Source: a virus. From it: a stretch of DNA of 64,000 nt. Location: the IMG/VR virus record IMGVR_UViG_3300022690_002678; one strand, 5' to 3'. The notes below the pieces were generated by a model. That model saw only the letters and a list, made by a program, of their open reading frames with translations, made no database searches and was not told where the DNA came from. Position numbers and translations under genes: made by a program. Positions within the stretch are counted from its first letter, which is position 1; every line of letters starts with the position of its first letter. Below, piece by piece: positions 49,521 through 58,535 of this stretch.

Positions 49521-51107
49521 TTGGAAAATACTCTATATTTTGGTGATAATCTTCCCATAATTCGTGAATTCATAAAAGATGAAACCATTGACTTGATCTA
49601 TCTTGATCCACCATTCAATTCAAAAGCAAACTATAATGTAATTTTCAAAGCACCTAAAGGTGAAGAATCTGCTGCACAAATTACTGCATTTGAGGATACA
49701 TGGCATTGGCATACAGGTGATACTGAATTTGAATTTAATCAGCTAGTCAAAGGAGGAGGTGTAATTGCAGAAGTTATGAAGGGATTGGAATTAGTTGTTG
49801 GTAAAAATGATTTGTTAGCTTATCTTACAATGATGGCAATTAGATTACGAGAATTATATCGTGTTCTAAAAGATACTGGTTCTTTGTATTTGCATTGTGA
49901 TCCAACAGCTAGTCATTATCTGAAAATTATACTTGATGCAATATTTGAGGCTAAAAATTTTAGAAATGAGATTATTTGGAAAAGAACATCTGCACATAAT
50001 GATTCTAAACGATTTGGAAGAATACATGATATTATTCTATTTTATTCAAAAACAGAAAATTATATTTGGAATAAAGTTTTACAACCATATTCTGATGATT
50101 ATGTAAAGAAAAATTATAAATTTTCAGATGAAAAAGGAAATTATGCTTCTGAAAATTTAACAGGAGCTGGTGTTACTCAAGGAAATTCTTCAAAACCTTG
50201 GAAAAATATAGATCCCTCTAAAGTAGGAAGGCATTGGGCAGTTCCGTTAAATAATTCATTACCTGACTGGTTTATTTATCCTAAAAATTGGAAAAATATG
50301 AATTCACTTGATAGATTAGATATACTTCATGAACAACAATTAATAATTTTTCCTAAAAAAAAGAATGGTAAACCACGATTTAAAAAATATTTGAATGAAA
50401 GTTCAGGAAATGGACTACAAGATTTAATTTTGGATATATCCCCACTTTCATCTCATGCTAAAGAACGGATGGGTTATCCTACACAAAAACCAGTAGCCTT
50501 ACTTGAAAGAATAATCAAAGCTTCATCAAGCGAAGGGGATATAGCTTTAGACCCATTTTGTGGTTGTGGAACAGCAATAATTGCAGCTCAAAAACTAAAA
50601 CGAAACTGGATTGGAATTGATGTAACTCATTTGGCAATCCATTTAATGGAAGAAAGAATGAAAAAGGAATTTGCAATAAAACCAAAAGTAATTGGTAATC
50701 CTGCTTCATTTAACGGAGCTGAGAATCTATTCAAAAGAAATCCATTAGATTTTGAACGATGGGCAGTAACTAGAATAGACGGCATACATCCAAACAAAAA
50801 ACAAACAGGAGATCGTGGTATTGATGGGAAAGGATATTTAGGCCCAAATGGAGAATACAAAACTCTAGTTTCAGTCAAAGGTGGCAAACAGCTAAATCCT
50901 GGAATGGTTCGTGATCTTGTAGGTACTGTTACAAGAGAAGAAGCAACATTTGGTGTTTTAATTACAATACATCAACCTACTTCTGGTATGCAAAAAGAAG
51001 CTGTAGTTGCAGGATTGGTTGATATTGGATTATCACATTATCCCAAAATTCAAATTTGGACTATAGCTGATTTTTTTAATGGTAAAAAGCCCAATTTGCC
51101 ATACTGA
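49521..51107 (+). CDS. N6/N4 DNA methyltransferase fused to Mrr-like PD-(D/E)xK domain
   Basis: DLIYLDPPF, LDPFCGCGT; C-terminal GDRGIDG...VSVKGG. Confidence 0.9.
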   Translation: MENTLYFGDNLPIIREFIKDETIDLIYLDPPFNSKANYNVIFKAPKGEESAAQITAFEDTWHWHTGDTEFEFNQLVKGGGVIAEVMKGLELVVGKNDLLAYLTMMAIRLRELYRVLKDTGSLYLHCDPTASHYLKIILDAIFEAKNFRNEIIWKRTSAHNDSKRFGRIHDIILFYSKTENYIWNKVLQPYSDDYVKKNYKFSDEKGNYASENLTGAGVTQGNSSKPWKNIDPSKVGRHWAVPLNNSLPDWFIYPKNWKNMNSLDRLDILHEQQLIIFPKKKNGKPRFKKYLNESSGNGLQDLILDISPLSSHAKERMGYPTQKPVALLERIIKASSSEGDIALDPFCGCGTAIIAAQKLKRNWIGIDVTHLAIHLMEERMKKEFAIKPKVIGNPASFNGAENLFKRNPLDFERWAVTRIDGIHPNKKQTGDRGIDGKGYLGPNGEYKTLVSVKGGKQLNPGMVRDLVGTVTREEATFGVLITIHQPTSGMQKEAVVAGLVDIGLSHYPKIQIWTIADFFNGKKPNLPY

Positions 51108-51273
51108 AAATAATCTTCAATAAATCTCAACAATATCTCAAAGCAAATAGATGATCTATTTCAATTAAGACACCTTCAATCTTTACCTATAGACTTTAGA
51201 CAATCAGGTTGTATTCATATTATCTTTCATTTCTCACAAAGATATAATTAAGATTGGCTTTAATAATTACTGA

Positions 51274-51627
51274 ATGCCGAGTTCAGACTCTCCGAGTCAT
51301 GAAGATATTCTTTCAGAATCCGTATACCGTTATGATGATTTTATAATACATTGTTCAAATATCCTGGAAGGATTAGTCACAATAGGTAAGGAAGTCGATC
51401 CTATGATGCTTAATAAATTATCTAAAGAAGATCAGCTTAAATTTAAAAACACATATTCAGAAGCTCTTGATATGTTGCAAAAAACTTTACATGCAACTAT
51501 CTTAAGAAAGAGCAAGAATGAACCAACACCTGAATGGTTTTTTCAAGGTCAGAGAAAAAAACTACAAAAAATAGATGAAGAGATTGTCCCAATATTACAT
51601 AAACTAAGATTCCAGCTTACAGATTAA
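51274..51627 (+). CDS. Hypothetical protein
   Basis: ORF track; only plus-strand gene between repeat copies 2 and 3. Confidence 0.6.
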   Translation: MPSSDSPSHEDILSESVYRYDDFIIHCSNILEGLVTIGKEVDPMMLNKLSKEDQLKFKNTYSEALDMLQKTLHATILRKSKNEPTPEWFFQGQRKKLQKIDEEIVPILHKLRFQLTD

Positions 51628-51724
51628 CTACTAATTTGATAATCTTAGTAACCCCATATCCCGACATTTCTTAAAAAAAAGAAAAGAGAACTATCGATAG
51701 TAACCTATCTGATAGTCAGTGTTG

Positions 51725-52069
51725 TTATCCTGTTTCGTTTCCTCGTTCTGTTTCTGCTTTCGGTGGTGTTCTTTCTGAGTCTGTTTCTGAGCATCCTGTT
51801 TCTGTTCCTTCGCATCCTGTTTCTGGGTCTGTATCTGTGCATCCTGGGTCATCTATTGGGTCAGGTGTTGGGTCTTGCGGAGGTGCAGGTATTGGGTCTG
51901 TTTCTATGCAATCTATTTCTGTGCATACTGGTACTCCATCTGCTCCGTGTCTAGCTGTTGTAGCTTCTTCTTCTGCTGCTTCTGCAAAATCTACCATAAC
52001 AAATGGCAATAGCATGGCAACAATCAGAGAAGTTAACAAGATTGTTTTTGTATGTTTACTACATTCCAT
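51725..52069 (-). CDS. Secreted low-complexity acidic protein
   Basis: KTILLTSLIVAMLLPF signal peptide; CTEIDC/CTDTD/CEGTE repeats. Confidence 0.5.
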   Translation of the reverse strand: MECSKHTKTILLTSLIVAMLLPFVMVDFAEAAEEEATTARHGADGVPVCTEIDCIETDPIPAPPQDPTPDPIDDPGCTDTDPETGCEGTETGCSETDSERTPPKAETERGNETG

Positions 52070-52321
52070 AATATAATCATAAGAACATATTATAAAGACA
52101 CTTAGGTAGAGTTATAACCCATACGCAAGCATCTTCAACAAATCTTTAATTACTGTAACATTTCATCCTATCAGATGCAACAAATCACAATGTCAAACAA
52201 AACCAGGCATCAAAGACCACTGCTTTTTTATTGCGATAAATGATTTATTTGAATTGAGCTGTATGGGGTATTGTAAATACTGAACCTAATCATAAATAAT
52301 AATTAAAATCTAATTAAATTA

Positions 52322-52915
52322 TTGTATAAAAAAGATTTAAAGATAGAAAATCCTAAAAAATTTCAAAGACATGTAAATGATGTGGCATCTGGTGTGTTGT
52401 ATAAGAGGGGTTATTATCTGAATAGAAACTATAGTAAATTTCCATATCTAAAGGCAAATGGAATCATAAACATTGCTGATTTTCATGGATTATTATGTTT
52501 TGTAAAGAATCACAGAAATTATAATCTAATATCACGAATTATTGGTGGTATTCTTATCGGTATTGGTGCGATATACTGGGTATCTCCTGCATTCACAAAT
52601 CTTTATTCAGCCTTGTGGAGTCCACATTCTTGGATAATTATTGGAGTTGGTTTGTTTTTGATTTTTTTCAAATTTGGAAAGGATATTTGTATTGAGATTA
52701 GACTAGTTGGAGAGAGCTATCGTACTGATATCAAAAAAGAAGAGAATTTTATTGAATATCTCAATGTTAGAAGTTATGCTCGTCTGACAGTGCAAGCAGC
52801 TACCCTTGATCCTAGAAAAACGCTAAGTGGTAAAGATATTGAAAAACTACGAGAAGATGGTAGTGCTTTAACAGCAGAATTGACCCCGTTTTTAGAGAAA
52901 TATCTTGAACATTGA
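52322..52915 (+). CDS. Membrane protein (2 TM)
   Basis: Two hydrophobic helices. Confidence 0.65.
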   Translation: MYKKDLKIENPKKFQRHVNDVASGVLYKRGYYLNRNYSKFPYLKANGIINIADFHGLLCFVKNHRNYNLISRIIGGILIGIGAIYWVSPAFTNLYSALWSPHSWIIIGVGLFLIFFKFGKDICIEIRLVGESYRTDIKKEENFIEYLNVRSYARLTVQAATLDPRKTLSGKDIEKLREDGSALTAELTPFLEKYLEH

Positions 52916-53501
52916 AATTCCTTTTAATTATGAAAATGTTTTACCTAGATTTTGGTATTTAATGTTAATTAAAACTAGTTTTCATTTTCCAAATAGAACT
53001 GATAGATTTTATCCATTTGGAAGTACCACTGAAAAACAATTTAATCATATTTTAGAAAAAATTAAAAATCCTCCAGATGATACTGCACAAAGATTACAAC
53101 GAGATAATTGTGCATATTGTGGAGAAAATCACACTTTTTCAGGAAAAGGTGATCATATTTTAAATAAAGAAATTTGGGAAAAACATATTGAATTAAACAG
53201 TTTACCTTTTAGAATAAATTGTTGCAGATCTTGTAATTCCTCAAAAGGTAAAAAGGATATGTTAGAATGGTGGATTATTCATAAAAAAAAATCTATTTTA
53301 GATTTATCAATGGATCATATTAGTATCTATGCTAGAGCTAAATGGCAATATCATAAAGCAGATGGTACGTTGAAAGAAAAAGTTCCTGAATTTTGGGATC
53401 AAGTTATAAGTCAAATACATGAGCATATTCGGCAAAAGAGCTACTTCATAATTTGGTCAAAGGATTACTCAGACAAATTTAGAGAAAAACAACAATTATG
53501 A
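52905..53501 (+). CDS. HNH endonuclease
   Basis: CAYCG...GDHIL...CCRSCNSSKGKK. Confidence 0.8.
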   Translation: MNIEIPFNYENVLPRFWYLMLIKTSFHFPNRTDRFYPFGSTTEKQFNHILEKIKNPPDDTAQRLQRDNCAYCGENHTFSGKGDHILNKEIWEKHIELNSLPFRINCCRSCNSSKGKKDMLEWWIIHKKKSILDLSMDHISIYARAKWQYHKADGTLKEKVPEFWDQVISQIHEHIRQKSYFIIWSKDYSDKFREKQQL

Positions 53502-54673
53502 AATGGTATGGAATTGTCGCTTTTCTTGTATTAATTGGAGGTCTTGCAGGAATTGTTGTATATGGGATGAATCCTGATAAAATTGGTGTGGATTTTGGCA
53601 CTCCAAGTTTTATTTCAAATCAAATAACATCTACTACATCAATATTTGGATATGATATAGATAGTCCTTGTGATCTAGCCATTTATCTAAAAACAGCTGA
53701 TACATCAACTGGAGCATATTTTGATGTAAGTGATAGACCTCTCGATAACCCAGATAATGTGAAAAAATTACAAAATTTGGTTTATTCAAAATATGAAAAA
53801 TGGGAAGTAGAAGCTGGATATTACAATAAGGAAGTAGCTGAAATAAAACGTGACTTTGTTTACAATCTTGAAACAGAATACGCCTTAAAAAAATATGACA
53901 TAAATCCAAAATTCTATAATATTGTAGATAAAGGAATTCACATTATGGCTTCAAGAACATTTGATCAAGACAAAGTAGAAATTTCAAGGTTTACACATAT
54001 GTTAAATGCAAATATGTTTGGTGAAGATAATTCATGTGAAAGAAAATATCTTGAGACATATGGAAATCAGACATATGAGGGATTAAAAACTATTCATAGT
54101 AATAACATGCAACAAGTGGATGCAGTTTGGAATGAAATACAATCACGCGTATACGACTGTAATGCAGAAGTAAAGGATTTGGTTTACACAAATTGTAGAT
54201 TGGGTATTAGTGTCGAAAGACCATCTACCCAGTGGAATTTCACTGTTTATGAGAGAGGCATAATAGATGATGAAGATCCACGTAATACTACATTATTTTC
54301 TTTGGATTTAATCATAGATTCTATTACAAAACCTGATTTTCCTGATGCTGAGTTTTACCTAGATATCTATGATTGGAAACAAACTGAAGAGATATCTATC
54401 TATGATATAACACAATTAACTATAGATCACTTAGAAAATGACCCATTCTCTACAAATATTGAATTAATATATGATGATGAAAAACCTGATCAATTTTCTA
54501 TGCGCTTTACTATTTTAGGTGATCAAAAATATGAGTGCTATAAAGAAGTTAATAGAAAAAATAACTTTGATTATTATCTAATTCAATGCATAAACACAAA
54601 TCCTGAAACCAATTCAATTGATAAATTAACAAAAGAGACTGATGCTATTTTTGAATCATTTAAATTTATTTGA
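53498..54673 (+). CDS. Membrane-anchored extracellular protein
   Basis: N-terminal TM; ATGA overlap. Confidence 0.65.
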   Translation: MKWYGIVAFLVLIGGLAGIVVYGMNPDKIGVDFGTPSFISNQITSTTSIFGYDIDSPCDLAIYLKTADTSTGAYFDVSDRPLDNPDNVKKLQNLVYSKYEKWEVEAGYYNKEVAEIKRDFVYNLETEYALKKYDINPKFYNIVDKGIHIMASRTFDQDKVEISRFTHMLNANMFGEDNSCERKYLETYGNQTYEGLKTIHSNNMQQVDAVWNEIQSRVYDCNAEVKDLVYTNCRLGISVERPSTQWNFTVYERGIIDDEDPRNTTLFSLDLIIDSITKPDFPDAEFYLDIYDWKQTEEISIYDITQLTIDHLENDPFSTNIELIYDDEKPDQFSMRFTILGDQKYECYKEVNRKNNFDYYLIQCINTNPETNSIDKLTKETDAIFESFKFI

Positions 54674-54861
54674 GGTTCAACAAATTATATCTCAATTACG
54701 ACAAATGATTTATTTGAATTGAGCTATATGGCGTTTTGTGAATACTGAAGACACAGAAAGACTCTCACTTTTTTGTTCTTTTATTGTCAAAAGAGTAGGT
54801 ATATGGCGTATTGTGAATGCTGTATCCCCCTTTAAATAAAAATAATTTATTTGTTTTTATA

Positions 54862-55086
54862 ATGAAGGATAATATTAAATCAGACTTAGACAAAGAATGT
54901 CAAAAACTGCTTGAAGGAATAACTAGTCAGAAAGATACTGTATTGAAAATTACACAATCTTTTGGTATATCTTATCCTCATTTGATTCCCTTTGTTATGG
55001 GGATTGTTTACGCACAACTTCAGACATATTTCAAAGATCTATATGTTCTTCATGGAATTGCTCAGGAACCTTATACTGCGTACTGA
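54862..55086 (+). CDS. Hypothetical protein
   Basis: ATG 54862, ~31 nt after TTTAAATA box. Confidence 0.5.
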   Translation: MKDNIKSDLDKECQKLLEGITSQKDTVLKITQSFGISYPHLIPFVMGIVYAQLQTYFKDLYVLHGIAQEPYTAY

Positions 55087-55176
55087 TTGGGAAACATTTT
55101 GGAAATCAGAATACAAGTCTTTAAGTGAAAAATTACAAAAAATCTATAGATTATGATAAATGATGAAATGGTATAA

Positions 55177-55863
55177 ATGATTGAAACCATAACAATAGAA
55201 AAAAGACCTCCTTCTTGTTTTATTAATAAAAAAACATTAGAAAATATATGTAACTTCTTCGATTTACAATATGGCATTTTAAAAAAAGAAAATGAGCATC
55301 TTAAAATTGATATTACTATTTTTACAAAAAATAATTACAAAAAATTTGATTCTACCAAGGAATTTCTTTTAGAAAGCATTCCTGTTAATTTAGGTTATAT
55401 TTCATTAAATTTGGGTAATTTAGTTGATAAAAAACTAATAAAAATTATTCTTACTCCTCATAATCCTAATTCTAAAATTTTGGTAGAGGGAGATGATGTA
55501 ATGTGGGTGCATGGTGTATTTGGTAAATTAGAGTATATTTTTAATATAAATTCAACAAAACATGATTTATTATATAAAATAATAGCTCCTATATGTTTTG
55601 GAATTGTATTCTTTTATTACTTATTTTACCTTCAAAGTATTGAAATTAAAAATATAGTTCACAATTTTTTAGAAATGGCAGGCTTAACTACTAAAACTTC
55701 TCTGTTAATTCTTATTCCTGCTTCATCGCGGTTTGTTAGTAGCTTGTTATTTCCTTTAGTTGAGTTTGAGGGAATAAGAAAGCATAAAAATATAAGAATA
55801 ATATTACTGTCAATAATTTTAACGATTATGGGAGTAGTTTTGGCAATTAAATTGTCTAATTAA
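55177..55863 (+). CDS. Membrane protein with N-terminal soluble domain
   Basis: C-terminal hydrophobic helices; very AT-rich. Confidence 0.65.
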   Translation: MIETITIEKRPPSCFINKKTLENICNFFDLQYGILKKENEHLKIDITIFTKNNYKKFDSTKEFLLESIPVNLGYISLNLGNLVDKKLIKIILTPHNPNSKILVEGDDVMWVHGVFGKLEYIFNINSTKHDLLYKIIAPICFGIVFFYYLFYLQSIEIKNIVHNFLEMAGLTTKTSLLILIPASSRFVSSLLFPLVEFEGIRKHKNIRIILLSIILTIMGVVLAIKLSN

Positions 55864-55965
55864 AACAAAAACCTTATCTTCAACAATTCTTAGCTCAAAC
55901 CAAATAAATGATCTATTGTGATTGAAATAATGCTTAATGAATAGTTAATTTATAATTTTCTAACT

Positions 55966-56190
55966 GTGTTAAATCTTTCTACCGATGTAATTGTATTGTT
56001 AACCATTATTGCTGCATTCTCACAATCAATAGTTTTAGCCATTATTATGATTGTTATTTATAAAAATTTTATAGTTTTAAAAAAACACAATGAAATGACT
56101 GCTGAACGCTTAGATTTGATAGTTCCTGATAACATGAAATTTATTAATAGATATTTCAAAGATGTTACAAAAGATACATCAAAAAAATAA
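55966..56190 (+). CDS. Small membrane protein
   Basis: Hydrophobic N-half; sole gene between repeat copies 5 and 6. Confidence 0.55.
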   Translation: MLNLSTDVIVLLTIIAAFSQSIVLAIIMIVIYKNFIVLKKHNEMTAERLDLIVPDNMKFINRYFKDVTKDTSKK

Positions 56191-56319
56191 GTATCTAATT
56201 CACATTACTCAAAGAAAATAGATGATCTATCTTAATTGATCTATATGGCGTATAATGAATACTGTAGTCAACATTTTAGTGTGCCTCTTTACCAATATGA
56301 ATTAGAATGAGAGATTTGG

Positions 56320-57042
56320 ATGAAATATGATCTAAACAATATAATGATATATGTAATGAGTTTTGTTGTTATTCAATTTAGTATATATCTTATTAATTCA
56401 TTGAATCAAACTGGCTTTAACCATTTTGATAGTTCTACTAATGATCTTTCTAATTGGTTTACTTTATCATTAGAACTAGGTATAGGAATACCAATAGCTT
56501 TTGTAATAGGTAAACATTTTTTTGATAAATCTGTATGGAAAGCATTTGAATTATTTAAAAGAGAACGAGATAATAAAAATTTAGCAAACGTCAAAAATGA
56601 AGGGTTCATGTATGGTTGTTTTAATAGAATAGATGATACTATACGTCGAAATAAGTTAAAAGAGTACTTTACAACTCAAAATATAACTTCGTTTTTGAGT
56701 CCTATATTAATAAATACTATCTTTTTTGATCGAGATAAAATTATTGAAGATTTTGATGATCATGCTAAACGATTGAGAAGTCTTTCACTTTTACAATCAC
56801 ATGACGCTGCTCAGTTTCTTGAAAAAATAATTAAAATATTAAAGAAAGCAAAACTCTTTGAAAGACAACCAAATAAATTATCTAGTTTTTTACAAATTGA
56901 AGTTTCAGATATAATTCGGTTGGCAAGTTATTTAGATTTATTAATCGATAAAATGAAATTACAAAAAATGGATGCTTTTGAAAAGCATAGAGTCGATTAT
57001 GAACACATACAAGATAGAAATTATTTTGATAATATTACCTAA
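56320..57042 (+). CDS. Membrane protein
   Basis: Two N-terminal TM helices. Confidence 0.65.
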   Translation: MKYDLNNIMIYVMSFVVIQFSIYLINSLNQTGFNHFDSSTNDLSNWFTLSLELGIGIPIAFVIGKHFFDKSVWKAFELFKRERDNKNLANVKNEGFMYGCFNRIDDTIRRNKLKEYFTTQNITSFLSPILINTIFFDRDKIIEDFDDHAKRLRSLSLLQSHDAAQFLEKIIKILKKAKLFERQPNKLSSFLQIEVSDIIRLASYLDLLIDKMKLQKMDAFEKHRVDYEHIQDRNYFDNIT

Positions 57043-57061
57043 ACAAATCCTCAATAAATCT

Positions 57062-57328
57062 TTAATTACTATAACATTGTAGTACTTTCATGCAGCAATC
57101 ACAACAATACCAGTCACCAAAGGATGCCGATTCACTCCATTTAATTCTACATAAATGCTCTGAAACGACCTTCTTTGTTGGAAAACTATCAGCTGTCAGA
57201 TCAGCGCAATTAATCCATAATAAATGCCATACAGTGGCGCTCTTTATTTTATTATTCTTAAATAATACAAGATTCCTTTGTGATGTGGTAACAAAATGGA
57301 GAGCACAGTAATTTGGCACTAGATACAC
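57062..57328 (-). CDS. Small Cys-rich protein (start uncertain)
   Basis: HLC...WYCCDCC...CYSN; degenerate copy of its 3' end at ~52140-52220. Confidence 0.4.
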   Translation of the reverse strand: MYLVPNYCALHFVTTSQRNLVLFKNNKIKSATVWHLLWINCADLTADSFPTKKVVSEHLCRIKWSESASFGDWYCCDCCMKVLQCYSN

Positions 57329-58524
57329 TAAATTTTCTCAGCTCTACTCTAACGGAACAAGAATACCTCACACAACGCGGTGCTCGAAGCCGAGATACTG
57401 CTGGATTGCTGATGGCAGCCCTTACAAATGTAAAACTTTTCTGTGAATATGAGGCAAAGACTGACTTTTACATTATCATGGCAGAACTCAAGAAACACTC
57501 TGATGAAAAAAGAGATGCCCAAAGTACGTTAGTATTTCTGCAAAAGTTTGTGGCATGGCTTCACTCTGAGCATCCCGAAATAATGATGAGAACCAACCAA
57601 AACAACGACAAGATGGTATTTCGAAAAAAGCGTGTGTCATCTATCCGTAACTATATCGGCGAGCTGCGAAAATATTTCAAACGTGTCGGAGGAATTCCTG
57701 TAACTGCTGAGGATGTCTCTGACTTTATCATGTATCCTGAGGATAGTGAGGAGGAAGAGGCAGAACCATTAACGCATGATGAGTTGCGAAGAATAATTGA
57801 CAACCAGAAGAGCTTTCGACGAAAGATGCTATACAAAATAACTAAAGATACGTGCTCTCGAATCCGTGCAATCTGTGCATTAAAGCGAGAAAATGTAAAC
57901 ATTGATGTGCGCCCAATAGAGATTACCTTTCCAAAACATATCATGAAAGGCAAAAAGAGAACCGTAGTAAAATATGTCACAGCAGAGAACGAAGCTGACT
58001 TTATCCGATTTCTCCAGGACTATCCTGATCCCCGTGAATTGCTCTTTGGCACACATCCTGATCCAAAAAAGGCATCAAATGTCGAGCAAAAGATATGGAA
58101 CAGATTTGTAAAGAGTTTAGGGTTTACTGAGGTATATCGCCACAACAACCGCCTAAAGAAGAACATCCACTCTATCAAGGCATTTGCAGAGACGGCAGCA
58201 GAAGATGCAGTTGATGCGTTTTATGCCAATGCGTATGGAGACCATGACAACTATCTCTCACAATATATCAGATGGACATATGAGAAAAAGATTAAAAAAT
58301 TCCGAGCAATGGAGGTAAAACTAAACCTGTACACCAAGATAGTCAAAGTAGTTGACAACAAGATAGCCCTTGAGAAAAACCTTGAACTTGAGCAAAAGAT
58401 TGCATCAGTTGATGAGATTCTAAAGGAACTCAAACACAAGGGAACTGAAGCAAGTCAAATCCCTGATGATAAGATGAAAAAAATGTTTGAGGATATACTG
58501 CGAGAAAATAAAATCATTCCATAA
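57313..58524 (+). CDS. Tyrosine recombinase/integrase
   Basis: N-terminal SIRNY core-binding region; catalytic R (CSRIRA), K (MKGK), HSIK, GDH, Y (SQY). Confidence 0.85.
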   Translation: MALDTLNFLSSTLTEQEYLTQRGARSRDTAGLLMAALTNVKLFCEYEAKTDFYIIMAELKKHSDEKRDAQSTLVFLQKFVAWLHSEHPEIMMRTNQNNDKMVFRKKRVSSIRNYIGELRKYFKRVGGIPVTAEDVSDFIMYPEDSEEEEAEPLTHDELRRIIDNQKSFRRKMLYKITKDTCSRIRAICALKRENVNIDVRPIEITFPKHIMKGKKRTVVKYVTAENEADFIRFLQDYPDPRELLFGTHPDPKKASNVEQKIWNRFVKSLGFTEVYRHNNRLKKNIHSIKAFAETAAEDAVDAFYANAYGDHDNYLSQYIRWTYEKKIKKFRAMEVKLNLYTKIVKVVDNKIALEKNLELEQKIASVDEILKELKHKGTEASQIPDDKMKKMFEDILRENKIIP

Positions 58525-58535
58525 ATCATCTATTC

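Larger units (their letters stand above)
49421..56244 (+). repeat. Six copies of a 41-bp imperfect palindrome separating accessory genes
   Basis: ATATCTCAA-N3-AAATAGA-TGA-TCTATTT-N3-TTGAGATAT at 49421, 51133, 52222, 54687, 55890, 56204; four are followed by TATGGCGTATTGTGAATACTG-like tails. Confidence 0.85.
1..58524. mobile_element. Tailed archaeal virus/provirus (Caudoviricetes-like) of a thaumarchaeal host; left end lies outside the window, right end uncertain
   Basis: Ordered portal-MuF/protease-scaffold-decoration-MCP-neck-tail genes; shared promoter motif from 594 to 47359; tyrosine recombinase at 57313-58524; thaumarchaeal-type domains (33568-34074, 37407-37625, 42974-43933). Confidence 0.85.

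Noticed and set aside
51649-52124. TAACCC(C)ATA repeats around the minus-strand ORF as sign of an inverted cassette
   Set aside because: Only ~10 nt with an indel; insufficient.
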